Below are positions 1-9,164 of a stretch of 64,000 bases of DNA, in pieces (position 1 is the stretch's first letter; each line of letters begins with the position of its first letter). Position numbers and translations under genes: made by a program. The stretch spans positions 1-64,000 of the forward strand of contig NIVC01002171.1 of assembly GCA_002269645.1 (NCBI GenBank), given 5' to 3'. The DNA is from Macrostomum lignano. Its lineage: Eukaryota. Below the pieces are notes generated by a model. That model worked only from the letters and a program-made list of their open reading frames with translations, ran no database searches and was not told the origin of the DNA.

Positions 1-391
1 AGTGAAATTTTTATGTGAAAAAAATATTTAAAAAATGAACTATTATTCTATAACAGGAAACGACATTTATTGTGAAAAATATATATAAAAAAAATGAAGG
101 TAAACTATTCCTACATCGGAAATGGCCGATTAATGAACTTAATGAAAATTTAAGTTTGATAACAGTTGAACAAATGTCAATAATAATATTAGTAACAATT
201 ATAGTAATAATATTGTTTTTGTTTGTTATAAAAATTTACTACCATGTTGTCTCAAGTAATTGTTCGAACTTAGTTCGCTGATATTAGTTGGTTCTCATAA
301 AACGAACCCAATATTTCTTCACCGTCCTTATCAGCAATTATATAGGTTGTAGGATTGGTATTTAAAACTTTACTGATAGTAAATTTCTCAC

Positions 392-1171
392 TTATCTTCC
401 AATATCCTTTTCTTCCTTTTTCAAACTTATCTTTCCATTTATAGATATAAACAGAATCACCAACCTTAAAAGATTTCTTTTATTTTTTTCAAATTTTCCA
501 AAAGTAACTTTAACGTTTTCAGGATTGTTATAAGCTTGTTGAGGAGTCATCTTTATAGCTGAATGATATGAATTGTTATAATCTTTCACTACGTCTGGTA
601 ATATTTTTACCCACTTTTGGTTACCATTAAGACTAAACTGAAACCATAATTTCTTACCTAAAGTTCGATTAAATCTTTCTATTAATGCGTTTTTACTCTC
701 TCCATAAATAGAATAAATTTTATTAATATACTCCCCATTCGCGTCTTTTTTCCTTTCTTTTCCTTTTTCAAAATGATACAATTTATACATATGAGGATTG
801 TAAAATTCTTTTCCTTCATCAACACACAATCTTTCGCTTTTTTCTCCAAGACTTCTAAAAGCAGCAGCAACCTCCTCTCCCTTTTTGGATTTTAAAGGAA
901 CAGCCCACGCGTATCGAGTAAAACCATCTAATATGGTTAAGATATATTTATATCCTCTTTCGTTCGGCATCGACATTAAATCAGCATACCAAATTTCATT
1001 CTTTTTGAAGTTCATGATTTTTCTATAAAATTTAGGTTTTCGATATTCTTTATGAAGAATCTTTGCCTCATCAGAACTTAACCCACCACCACTTAATAAT
1101 AAACACTCGACACAATTATTTCCATGTTGATTATAATTAATTCCCAAACCAAATTTAACTTTAGACTGCAA
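392..1171 (-). pseudogene. Polinton retroviral-like (rve/DDE) integrase; C-terminus frameshifted, continuing to about 255
   Basis: WYADLMSM...YKYILTILDGFTRYAWAVPLKSK, DEGKEFYN, IERFNRTL and YNNSYHSAIKMTP motifs. The typical C-terminal tail (PTTY..D.DGEEILG.FYE) is in another frame near 290-470. Confidence 0.9.
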
Positions 1172-1909
1172 AATCTTTTAACCATCCACCTAGTTAATCT
1201 TTGCCCTACCGATAATCCCTGCAAGTTATCTAATCCTTGAATCATTTTTTGATCGCGCTTCATGTTTTAATCTTAATGCTTCCTCGGGCGGGTTCTTGTC
1301 AGCATCTCTATATGCTAAGTCGTGATAGTATGCTAACCAATCAATCCCATTTATTGGAATTGAATCAGATTTTGGAGTATTGTCAGGATTTAATCTCAAA
1401 TCTAAGCGAGTGCCGGGTAGTTTACCCTCAATCTTTCGAAAGAGGCTGGAGCACACCTTAAGCGGCGATAATTACCGCCCATCTCCGTCTGCTCTCTGAA
1501 CCTTCTCCTTATATTTAAAATACTTAGGAGCTTGGCTGCGCATTGCCACCATGTCTTCAAGCTTTTTACCTTTGGGAAGAGGAGTTACCTCTGTTCCTTC
1601 AAAAGATTTCTCAATTGAAGTGGTACTTGAAGCTGTATGACGGGTTTCACGCAATTTGGAGATGTCGCCACAAATAGTGACTAGCAAGGACATTGCCTTC
1701 CTCACTCAGGCCACGGGATAACCTGTGAAGTTCATTGATGGTAGGTGTAGCTCACCCGTATACCTCCCAGTAGTAAATATTGGTGGTAAGCTTGTTAATC
1801 CTTTTTGAACATCTAAAAATCCTCCTTCAAATACTAATTGATCGTTCCGAAGGAACGCGGACTTCGCCCGATCGAACCTTTGGTTCGCATGCGTCGCATG
1901 ATTGCTCAT
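1140..1909 (-). CDS. Parvovirus-type phospholipase A2 domain protein, split by a group I intron (exon 1 1909-1721, exon 2 from 1417); two frameshifts near 1255 and 1175
   Basis: Joining the exons gives GELHLPSMNFTG|PGTRLDLRL...IDWLAYYHDLAY, which restores the YxGxG-type Ca loop and the DxxAxxHDxxY catalytic motif. The downstream ...ILQSKVKFGLG is recovered across the frameshifts. Confidence 0.88.
1418..1720 (-). ncRNA. Group I self-splicing intron, IC1-like, 303 nt, no internal endonuclease ORF
   Basis: P1: exon CAGGU with IGS GCCUG (1711-1707), U.G pair at the splice site. P3: CAUCUCC (1664-1658)/GGAGAUG (1486-1480). P4: UGCGUG/UGCGCA. P5abc has an A-rich bulge and a GAAA loop. P6 has CCUAAG..UAAGG. 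P7: G-A(bulge)-GAGCA (1496-1490)/UGCUCC (1453-1448). P8, P9 and P9.0 (AG/CU) are also present. Confidence 0.9.
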
Positions 1910-2309
1910 TTTTTATAGCCTTAAAAATACATGATAGCACCAATTGTTTTGCAAATTCTTCAATTGTTGGTTGTTTAACAAATTTAGTTTTATTATCAAT
2001 AGCAGCTAAGTATCTTTTATTTGTCCAATGTTCAGACTTTTTCATATGATCTTCGTCTTTGTAATTAAATGAAGAAGCAGGAATAAAATGATCAATATGT
2101 AAAGCACCACCATAGTCTTTTGGAACATAATAATGTTTTGTGAAATTTAACCAATCAATAAAGAATTCAATTGAGCAACCAAGGTAATCAATAGTATGAT
2201 TATTTTTTCGAGCATTATTTGATTTTAATAGTTGATTTATTCTATTTCGTGAGGTGATAATAAGTTTGTAATTTTCATCAGTGACTTTTTCAATATTGGA
2301 TTTGGAAGC
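1827..2309 (-). pseudogene. HNH (beta-beta-alpha-Me) homing-type endonuclease, N-terminus disrupted
   Basis: The frame of ORF 1827-2045 stays open upstream to a stop at 2310-2312. It reads ...SRNRINQLLK...TIDYLGCSIEFFIDWL...LHIDHFIPASSF...HWTNKRYLAAIDNKTK, matching the HIDH..P..F...H..N..L...N.K pattern of viral and phage HNH nucleases. Confidence 0.75.
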
Positions 2310-2533
2310 TTATCAATGTTATGTGTAATCGTTTTAGGTATTTTACAATCTATTCCAACTCTTAATTTATCTCAATTATTTTTAGGTATTTCAATTGGCT
2401 CAATATCAGGTTTTGAATTGATCAGGAACTTATCAATACTTTTAGCAATTAAATTATATCTTAAAAAAGAAAGGAAAAATATAAATCTTTAAGAGATGTT
2501 GCAAAACAATATAAAAATCAATTATATTTATAT

Positions 2534-2791
2534 GTGCAAAAAATATTGGATGACGGAGAGATAACGATTCATGAATTATCAACCGCGGTTGAATTATATG
2601 AAAAATATTTAAAAGATAGAAATAGAATTTTAGATGTTGAAACTTTTACCGATATGGAATTAAAAGAGTTGAGACTCGATAAACCCAAAGCTCCACCTAT
2701 AGATACATTAGGTATTTACGAACCTGAAACTATTGCTACTGGGGCACAAAGCCCGCGGTCAGGAAGTGCGGTAGAACTTCAGGTTGTTTAG
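2534..2791 (+). CDS. Small Polinton hypothetical protein
   Basis: 85-aa ORF; the ILDDGEIT..E motif resembles small ORFs I recall from Polintons. Confidence 0.45.
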   Translation: MQKILDDGEITIHELSTAVELYEKYLKDRNRILDVETFTDMELKELRLDKPKAPPIDTLGIYEPETIATGAQSPRSGSAVELQVV

Positions 2792-3271
2792 TTTTTCTAA
2801 TGCATATGTTATATATTCTTCCCAAAGTGGTAACTCTCTTCTGATCCTAGGTTTAAATTTTTTATCAATACATAAAAATTCCAATGACTTTTTCAATAAC
2901 ATTTCGTTAGGTATGTTACCTATCCTTATAAACTTTGTATTCTCTCGAATAAGAAAATTGAAATAATATCCAACTAAAATTAAAATCCTTTCGGAGTCTT
3001 TCGAACTTAATCCCTTTCCTTTATTTAAATGGAAAAAGTTATTATATAAATAAACATTATTTCCGGGAATTAAAATTGGATCAGAAATGTCTCTTGTAAG
3101 ATTTCTTAAAATTGTGTTTTTAAAATAGTAATATGAGTTTTCAATCTTTTTTGTTTTTTCAAATTGATATATTTTAGAACATGAATAACACATATGATAT
3201 ATATCTCCGTTTGCTGTTTGCCCTCTGTGCATAGTCACGTTACATTTATTACAAACATAAATGTCTTTCAT
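2759..3271 (-). CDS. Polinton hypothetical protein with N-terminal CxxC...CxxC zinc ribbon
   Basis: 170-aa ORF with CNKC...CYSC; AT-rich codon usage like its neighbours. Confidence 0.55.
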   Translation of the reverse strand: MKDIYVCNKCNVTMHRGQTANGDIYHMCYSCSKIYQFEKTKKIENSYYYFKNTILRNLTRDISDPILIPGNNVYLYNNFFHLNKGKGLSSKDSERILILVGYYFNFLIRENTKFIRIGNIPNEMLLKKSLEFLCIDKKFKPRIRRELPLWEEYITYALEKLNNLKFYRTS

Positions 3272-3297
3272 TTTTTTGTTATTTTTTTAGATTAAAA

Positions 3298-3627
3298 ATG
3301 GAGAGCTGGTTCAAAACCGATTCTAATGTGATTAATTATCTCACACCCAATATGTTGGAGAATAAAGAATATAATATTGTATGTTTGAGACAGGTTAAAT
3401 TTATTGGGCTTCAATCAATATTTTTACAATTAGATGGGCAAAAAATTTTATGTCTAAGCGGAGATGATGTTAAAAATTTTCCTGTTTTAGTTATTAATAA
3501 ACCTAAAGCGTTTGTTATGAAATACTGCAACGAGGGTGGATTGCAATTTAAACTAAAACAAACAAATAATAAAAAGAGTGATAGGACTGTAAAATTGGCG
3601 GCTGTTTGGGAGGATGACCCCGAATAA
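3298..3627 (+). CDS. Polinton hypothetical protein
   Basis: 109-aa ORF, tightly packed, with an A-rich AAAAATG start context. Confidence 0.55.
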   Translation: MESWFKTDSNVINYLTPNMLENKEYNIVCLRQVKFIGLQSIFLQLDGQKILCLSGDDVKNFPVLVINKPKAFVMKYCNEGGLQFKLKQTNNKKSDRTVKLAAVWEDDPE

Positions 3628-3648
3628 GTTTAAATTTTTTATAAGAAA

Positions 3649-4038
3649 ATGGATACGATAAAAATCCTTATCACTAAAGAGCGTGAACTTAATGATATTA
3701 ATAAAAAAATAAATATAATTATATCTCAGAAATATCATGAGTATGGGGACGATATGTTTCCCATCCGATATGAGATAGATAAAAGAAAACGTTTTTTAAG
3801 ACAAGATATTGTTTATGCTGAAATAGTAATTGAAATTGAAATAGATAGATTGGTTAGAAAAATAAAAAAACTTAGGAAAAAAATAAAGGATTGTTTAAGT
3901 TACCCTGCCGACTGTGAGGATAATTGGTGCTCAATAATATCGAACGAAGTTCGCGACCCTGTGGGTCGATATGAAATTGAAGTTAATGATTTGCTCAAAC
4001 AATTACATGCTTTAGTTTTTTACAGACCCGATAAGTAA
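3649..4038 (+). CDS. Polinton hypothetical coiled-coil protein containing one 28-bp hairpin insert
   Basis: 129-aa ORF with an AAAATG start. Confidence 0.55.
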   Translation: MDTIKILITKERELNDINKKINIIISQKYHEYGDDMFPIRYEIDKRKRFLRQDIVYAEIVIEIEIDRLVRKIKKLRKKIKDCLSYPADCEDNWCSIISNEVRDPVGRYEIEVNDLLKQLHALVFYRPDK

Positions 4039-7000
4039 TTTTTCTGTTAATCTCTTCCAGTTATTCAAGACTTTTTCCTTATTTAATTTTTTAAGTTCTT
4101 TTGGAAATGTTGAATAATAATTATCTATATCTTTTTCATATTCTAGAAATGTATTATATTCACAATCACATTCGGATTCACAATCACAATCGTAATAATA
4201 ATTATTTATTGCCGCCTTGTATTCATTATATTTGCTTATTATATCTTCTTTTTGTTTTTTATCTTTTATCATATTTTTTATCTCTTCTTTTAAACCATAT
4301 GGATATGTTTTAATTTTATCATCTAAATACCTTTTATCATCAAATGGACTTAATGTTTTTTTATCTGTCTCGATGACAAACATCTGATGCTTATCTGAAT
4401 TTAATCGATATTGTGGAGCATGATAATTTTCAATTGTATTAAGGTAATCTAAAAGTACGTTTTTATAATCATCAAATGTTATCTTTTTTACTGCTGCTCT
4501 TGATACCCCTTTTATTTTTTTTACCTCTCCCTCCTGTCCTAAAACCTTAAATGCATAGCATTTTGATCTTATTGCTATAAACTCGGTTATGATTTTGCTA
4601 TTTAATTCATCTTTCATTTTAAGTACAACTTTTTTATTTTGATCTGATTTTAAAGGATGGTTATCCGGATAGTCTGATGTGTCCAATGTATCCTTAATTT
4701 TTTCCATATCTTTATAGACATCGAACCTTTGGTTCATGGACTCCGTCCGATCATCTGTTTCAACCTTAAATACCAAACTGTCGGTGTCTGCATATATTGG
4801 ATAGTTATCTGGCCATGTTTTATTTATAACATCATAATAATATTCATACATTACCAGCTTTGCATAATCTAAAACAACCATTCCAATAAATATTGGTTTA
4901 AGAAATTTTGTTGTTTTATTTCTCATATGAATACCCATAAAGTTATCATCAAATTTTATAAAGTCTTTAAAGTTAGGTTTTGAGAAATATTTCTTTGCTT
5001 TATCAATATCCTTTTCTAAATGGAATTGGGTTCTATCTCTAATATTTTCAACCGTTTTTCCATAAAAAGCATTATTCATTAATTTCCAATAATCTTTCTC
5101 AAAATTTGTTTTTGACATCTGTCTCTGATTTGAATTAAAGTCAATATATTTAGCTAACCAATCTTCCTCAATAAACGATATTGTTCGATGTACTTTAGAC
5201 ACTTTTAATCCCTGCTTTTCATAAAATTGTAGAAGCTTATAATGCACTACATAGTTTTTCTTATCATGTAAATTTAATATTAATTTTTTTGTTGCTAGAT
5301 GTTTTGTATTATCTACTTTAAGATAATCTTTTTGTGTTTGTGATAAATCATCTTCATTAACTGAACAATGCTCTGGAGCTAAAGGATATTTATATGTTTT
5401 TGCTTTTGCTTCTCGAGTATATTGCAAATCCACCTCTACAATACAGCCCCTTCCTTCGGGAATATTTTTGTAATAATCGGGGTCATCTTCCCATTGGAAA
5501 TCAGCTATTGGTAATTTTTGTTTCATACAACCACCGTATAAATTGTTTGCATCTAGATATAATACATATGATGATTTTTCTTTTTTATTATAATTTGGAA
5601 GATACTTATTATTTACTTTAGTATATCTATCTCCTAGTACACCCGAGAATCCACCGCGAATTCCTCTCTCAATCATTAACAACATATCATGATCAGTTAG
5701 TAAATCAATCTTAACATCTGTATGTTTCAAACCACAAGCCCATGTTAATCCCGGTGCACTGAAACAATATGCGGGATCAATTTTAAAATTCTCATATGTA
5801 TGATTCCTAAAGTTTTCAAATGCATCAGCTAATAGGAGAACATCTGCTTTAAGATATAGATTATGATAATCTTTAAATGTTTTACAATTAAAGTATTTCC
5901 ATACTTTTTGAGCGTGTTCATAATCCGATTCACTTATGTTTGTTTGTGATAATGTTGAATAAAACTTTTCAATTGGGGGTAATTCGGTATGAAAAAATAC
6001 GTCTTCAGATGTTACATATTCATATGGATAGATGCCCTTACGAGTTAATAGCATTAGTTCTTCCTCGGATAGTTTTTCTTTTTTGAAACGATTCAATAGT
6101 ATTGGAAAGTTTTTCTTTACTATTTCTAAATCCCATGGTTTTGGAACTAATGATGAAACAACATTTGCTAAAGATGTTGATAAGAATCTCAAGGAATCTA
6201 GAAAAACTAGATGGGAGTATTTCTTACCATATGTTATTGATATGTAATTTTCTGATGTTTTAGGTAATATATTTATTTCATATTCATCCTTTCCTAAATG
6301 AAGCAATTCTCGAACTAAGAAATGAAAATCATATCCGGAACCATTATGAAAAAATACTGGTATTTCCTTACATCCTTTTCCTTCTTTTGCATTACATGAT
6401 CTACATGCTGCCCCTCGATAATTTCCTGTTAGATGACAATGTTCTCGTATCTTATTTTTCTTACTTAAATATCTTTTGCACATAAAACAATTTGTTGCAT
6501 TTTTATAATTGTCTCTATCCTTATTTGTCATATTAATATTTTTTGATAATTTATCATATTGATTTTGAATATATTCAAATACATTTACTAATGATTCTGC
6601 CATGTGCTTAGCTGCATCATTACCGTGGTAAGTAATCATCCTTGATTTAAATATATGATCAGCTACGGAGTGTACATATAAACAATAACTATTAGGAAAC
6701 TGTTGTGCTAATTTTTTTGTGCATTCACCGTCCCGTAGGGTCGCATGCTTTGCATGACCGTCATCAGATACTGTTTGTGGTTCTTTTAAGGGAACATTTG
6801 TTGCTTCAAAATCAGCATATATTACTATTGGTTTTTTAACTGCCATATAATGTTGTTGGAACTTTAGGGTTGCATCTTCAGATGCTGGCATTATAGCATT
6901 AGTAAATTTGTGATCTAAACAAAATCGTTGGTGGTTTTTAAGAGCTGTTTCATCCTTTTTAAATGTAAAACAATTTCTACATAGTGGATATCTATTTCTA

Positions 7001-7767
7001 TTTTCTCTTAAAAAAGAACTAATATCTTTTATGTATATATAATGTGTTTCATTTTCGCGCTGCATGTACAAAAGATCGATTTGATCTGGTGCTGTTATAT
7101 CAGTTGCTGGCTTAACAAGATAACACCTTTTCTTATACCATTCTGGATCGACCTGCTGAATTTCTTCTAGATCTTCTGGTTCTTCAATTGTAAAAACATT
7201 AATATTTAAACCATTCATTTTTTCAATCTTATATATATCATCTATTGCTACTGGGTATGAGATGTTTTTCATTATTATTTCATCCTCATATTGTCTATAA
7301 TTATATATTTTATTAATGTGTGATTCTACTTGATTGTGATATTTATGAATTAATAAACACCATAATAAACATTTATTATCTTTATTGTCTGGATTTATAA
7401 TCATAGGTGATTTAAATTTGAGCTTCATATGTGATCGTCCTTTAAGAATTTCTATAGGTGCAATCTTTACTATTGCTGAATTACATGAAACAAATATAAA
7501 CCCAGATCCGTTTTCTGTCATCTTATCTATCCATTCATCAAACTCAGCTTCTATTTGATCGAATTGATTGTTGTAATTTCCCATTGATAATAATGTTTTA
7601 TATGATTCTTGTGAAAAGTTATTTATTACTTCAATTTCTGAATTTGCATTAAGAATATTTGGTTTTTTAAATTCTGTTTCAACTTCTATTTTATACTTAA
7701 TTGGCTGTCGTTTGTTATTTGGCCTTATAGTATAATTGTTTAATATGGTCTTTAATTTATCTTTCAT
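4012..7767 (-). CDS. polB: Protein-primed family B DNA polymerase (pPolB), intact
   Basis: 1251 aa. Motifs: YADFEA, HCHLTGNYRGAAC, FHNGSGYDFHF, KGIYPYEY, YLKADVLLLADAFE, YLDANNLYG, KLMNNAFYGK, YADTDS, KIKGV. Confidence 0.97.
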   Translation of the reverse strand: MKDKLKTILNNYTIRPNNKRQPIKYKIEVETEFKKPNILNANSEIEVINNFSQESYKTLLSMGNYNNQFDQIEAEFDEWIDKMTENGSGFIFVSCNSAIVKIAPIEILKGRSHMKLKFKSPMIINPDNKDNKCLLWCLLIHKYHNQVESHINKIYNYRQYEDEIIMKNISYPVAIDDIYKIEKMNGLNINVFTIEEPEDLEEIQQVDPEWYKKRCYLVKPATDITAPDQIDLLYMQRENETHYIYIKDISSFLRENRNRYPLCRNCFTFKKDETALKNHQRFCLDHKFTNAIMPASEDATLKFQQHYMAVKKPIVIYADFEATNVPLKEPQTVSDDGHAKHATLRDGECTKKLAQQFPNSYCLYVHSVADHIFKSRMITYHGNDAAKHMAESLVNVFEYIQNQYDKLSKNINMTNKDRDNYKNATNCFMCKRYLSKKNKIREHCHLTGNYRGAACRSCNAKEGKGCKEIPVFFHNGSGYDFHFLVRELLHLGKDEYEINILPKTSENYISITYGKKYSHLVFLDSLRFLSTSLANVVSSLVPKPWDLEIVKKNFPILLNRFKKEKLSEEELMLLTRKGIYPYEYVTSEDVFFHTELPPIEKFYSTLSQTNISESDYEHAQKVWKYFNCKTFKDYHNLYLKADVLLLADAFENFRNHTYENFKIDPAYCFSAPGLTWACGLKHTDVKIDLLTDHDMLLMIERGIRGGFSGVLGDRYTKVNNKYLPNYNKKEKSSYVLYLDANNLYGGCMKQKLPIADFQWEDDPDYYKNIPEGRGCIVEVDLQYTREAKAKTYKYPLAPEHCSVNEDDLSQTQKDYLKVDNTKHLATKKLILNLHDKKNYVVHYKLLQFYEKQGLKVSKVHRTISFIEEDWLAKYIDFNSNQRQMSKTNFEKDYWKLMNNAFYGKTVENIRDRTQFHLEKDIDKAKKYFSKPNFKDFIKFDDNFMGIHMRNKTTKFLKPIFIGMVVLDYAKLVMYEYYYDVINKTWPDNYPIYADTDSLVFKVETDDRTESMNQRFDVYKDMEKIKDTLDTSDYPDNHPLKSDQNKKVVLKMKDELNSKIITEFIAIRSKCYAFKVLGQEGEVKKIKGVSRAAVKKITFDDYKNVLLDYLNTIENYHAPQYRLNSDKHQMFVIETDKKTLSPFDDKRYLDDKIKTYPYGLKEEIKNMIKDKKQKEDIISKYNEYKAAINNYYYDCDCESECDCEYNTFLEYEKDIDNYYSTFPKELKKLNKEKVLNNWKRLTEKLLIGSVKN

Positions 7768-7817
7768 TTGTTTAAAATATTCTTTATAATTTGTATTTAT
7801 ATCTATATCTATATATA

Positions 7818-8009
7818 TTACTTCAGCTCCATTTTGTCCTTGTGGTTGGGGTTATTAATATCATTTAATTGTCTTTCTAAACGTATCTCATTTTCTGCCC
7901 TAATTCTTGCTTCTATTTCAGCCCTATCGGCAATTCGTTGTGCATCGATTTGAGCTATTAATTGTGCTCTAAGTTCAGGGTTGTCGATTTGAGCTAAAAT
8001 TGCTTCCAT
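7818..8009 (-). CDS. Small coiled-coil hypothetical protein
   Basis: 63-aa ORF with an A-rich start context. Confidence 0.4.
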   Translation of the reverse strand: MEAILAQIDNPELRAQLIAQIDAQRIADRAEIEARIRAENEIRLERQLNDINNPNHKDKMELK

Positions 8010-8093
8010 TTTATAGAATAAAATTTATATAATGTTTGAATTATTGATTTTTTAATTTTGTGTTTTTGGTGTCCAGACCCTCCCCCCAGGAGC

Positions 8094-9080
8094 CTATTCG
8101 AGATCTGCTTTTGGTAATAGCAATCCATTGCCCATAACGTTTGAATTTAAGAAAATTCCTGAACCTGCTTTTGGTCTCATTTCGAGATATAATCCGCTTC
8201 CGTCGTGTTTTTCAATGATATTAAAATCTTTTCCTAATTTATTAAAAATTTTCTGAACAGCTGGTCTAAAATTGGATCCAATATTGTCAAAAAATCCTTT
8301 AGCTTTCTCACCCGTTTTTTCTAAAGTTTGACCAAATTCATGTAGTTTATCTGCTACAACTCCACTTCCTTGGGTTGTTCCTTTTAGTACCAAACCATTC
8401 CCGTGATTTGTTCCTTGCAAGAGTAAACCTTTTCCGGCTGCTAACCTAGCTTCTGCATTTCTTTTTTGCTCTGCTGTTGCTGAACTACTATTAATGGTAT
8501 CAATAAGTTTCTGTTTGAATTGTGCGTCCTGCGTTATTTGCTGTCTTTGAAATTCTGCATCTCGTTTGGCTTTTTCGTCCGCAGCTTTTTTGTCATTTAC
8601 TGCTTTTGCAATTCCAGCTGCTCCGCCAGCAACTCCTCCAGCTGCTCCAATTCCTGCAAAAATTATTGGGAGCAAAGCTGCAAGGGGTAAGATTCCCCCC
8701 TGTTTCGCTCTTAACTCTCCTAGCTGTTTTACATTATCATGAATTCTTTTTCCGGCTAAACCGACTGCTCCAGCTGCACCAAGTCCTAAAAGAAGCGGTA
8801 GAATGGGTAGTAATCCGCCGTCCTTTTTAGTGTGAGTCTCCATTAAAAATTTCACATCGGAGTCTGTCAACCTATAATTTCTGCCGCGATTCTTAAAGGA
8901 TATTGGCCTTCCTTCTTGTGCATATTTTGCTGCGAGTTTAAATGTATCGATGTCGTAGTCAAACTTTTTACCTAATCGATCCAATCTTTTTAACATTGTG
9001 TGGCTATGTTTATTATCATCTAGATCTAAAGTATCTACAATTTCTCCTATAAAATATAAGCGGTCGTTATCTGTGTCCAT
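8094..9080 (-). CDS. Polinton Gly/Ala-rich putative core or membrane-active structural protein
   Basis: 328 aa with repeated GG-hydrophobic segments (DGGLLPILPLLLGLG, QGGILPLAALLP..GIGAAGG), resembling adenain-processed core proteins of Polintons. Confidence 0.55.
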   Translation of the reverse strand: MDTDNDRLYFIGEIVDTLDLDDNKHSHTMLKRLDRLGKKFDYDIDTFKLAAKYAQEGRPISFKNRGRNYRLTDSDVKFLMETHTKKDGGLLPILPLLLGLGAAGAVGLAGKRIHDNVKQLGELRAKQGGILPLAALLPIIFAGIGAAGGVAGGAAGIAKAVNDKKAADEKAKRDAEFQRQQITQDAQFKQKLIDTINSSSATAEQKRNAEARLAAGKGLLLQGTNHGNGLVLKGTTQGSGVVADKLHEFGQTLEKTGEKAKGFFDNIGSNFRPAVQKIFNKLGKDFNIIEKHDGSGLYLEMRPKAGSGIFLNSNVMGNGLLLPKADLE

Positions 9081-9164
9081 TTTTATATTGTTAAAATTTC
9101 TTTAATCCTTTTCCACCTTTAATAGTATTTAACATTTTATTAAAATCCTGAATATCTTTATTAC

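Noticed and set aside
1472-1705. 77-aa ORF inside the PLA2 insertion
   Set aside because: It runs through the ribozyme core and has no nuclease motif, so it is a chance frame
1418-1722. Reading the PLA2 insertion as a spliceosomal GT-AG intron
   Set aside because: Using the GT at 1722-1721, the nearby AG gives an in-frame TAA and does not restore GPG; the group I boundaries do
2741-2770. GC-rich patch as a sixth double-hairpin module
   Set aside because: The stems do not pair convincingly; at best a decayed copy
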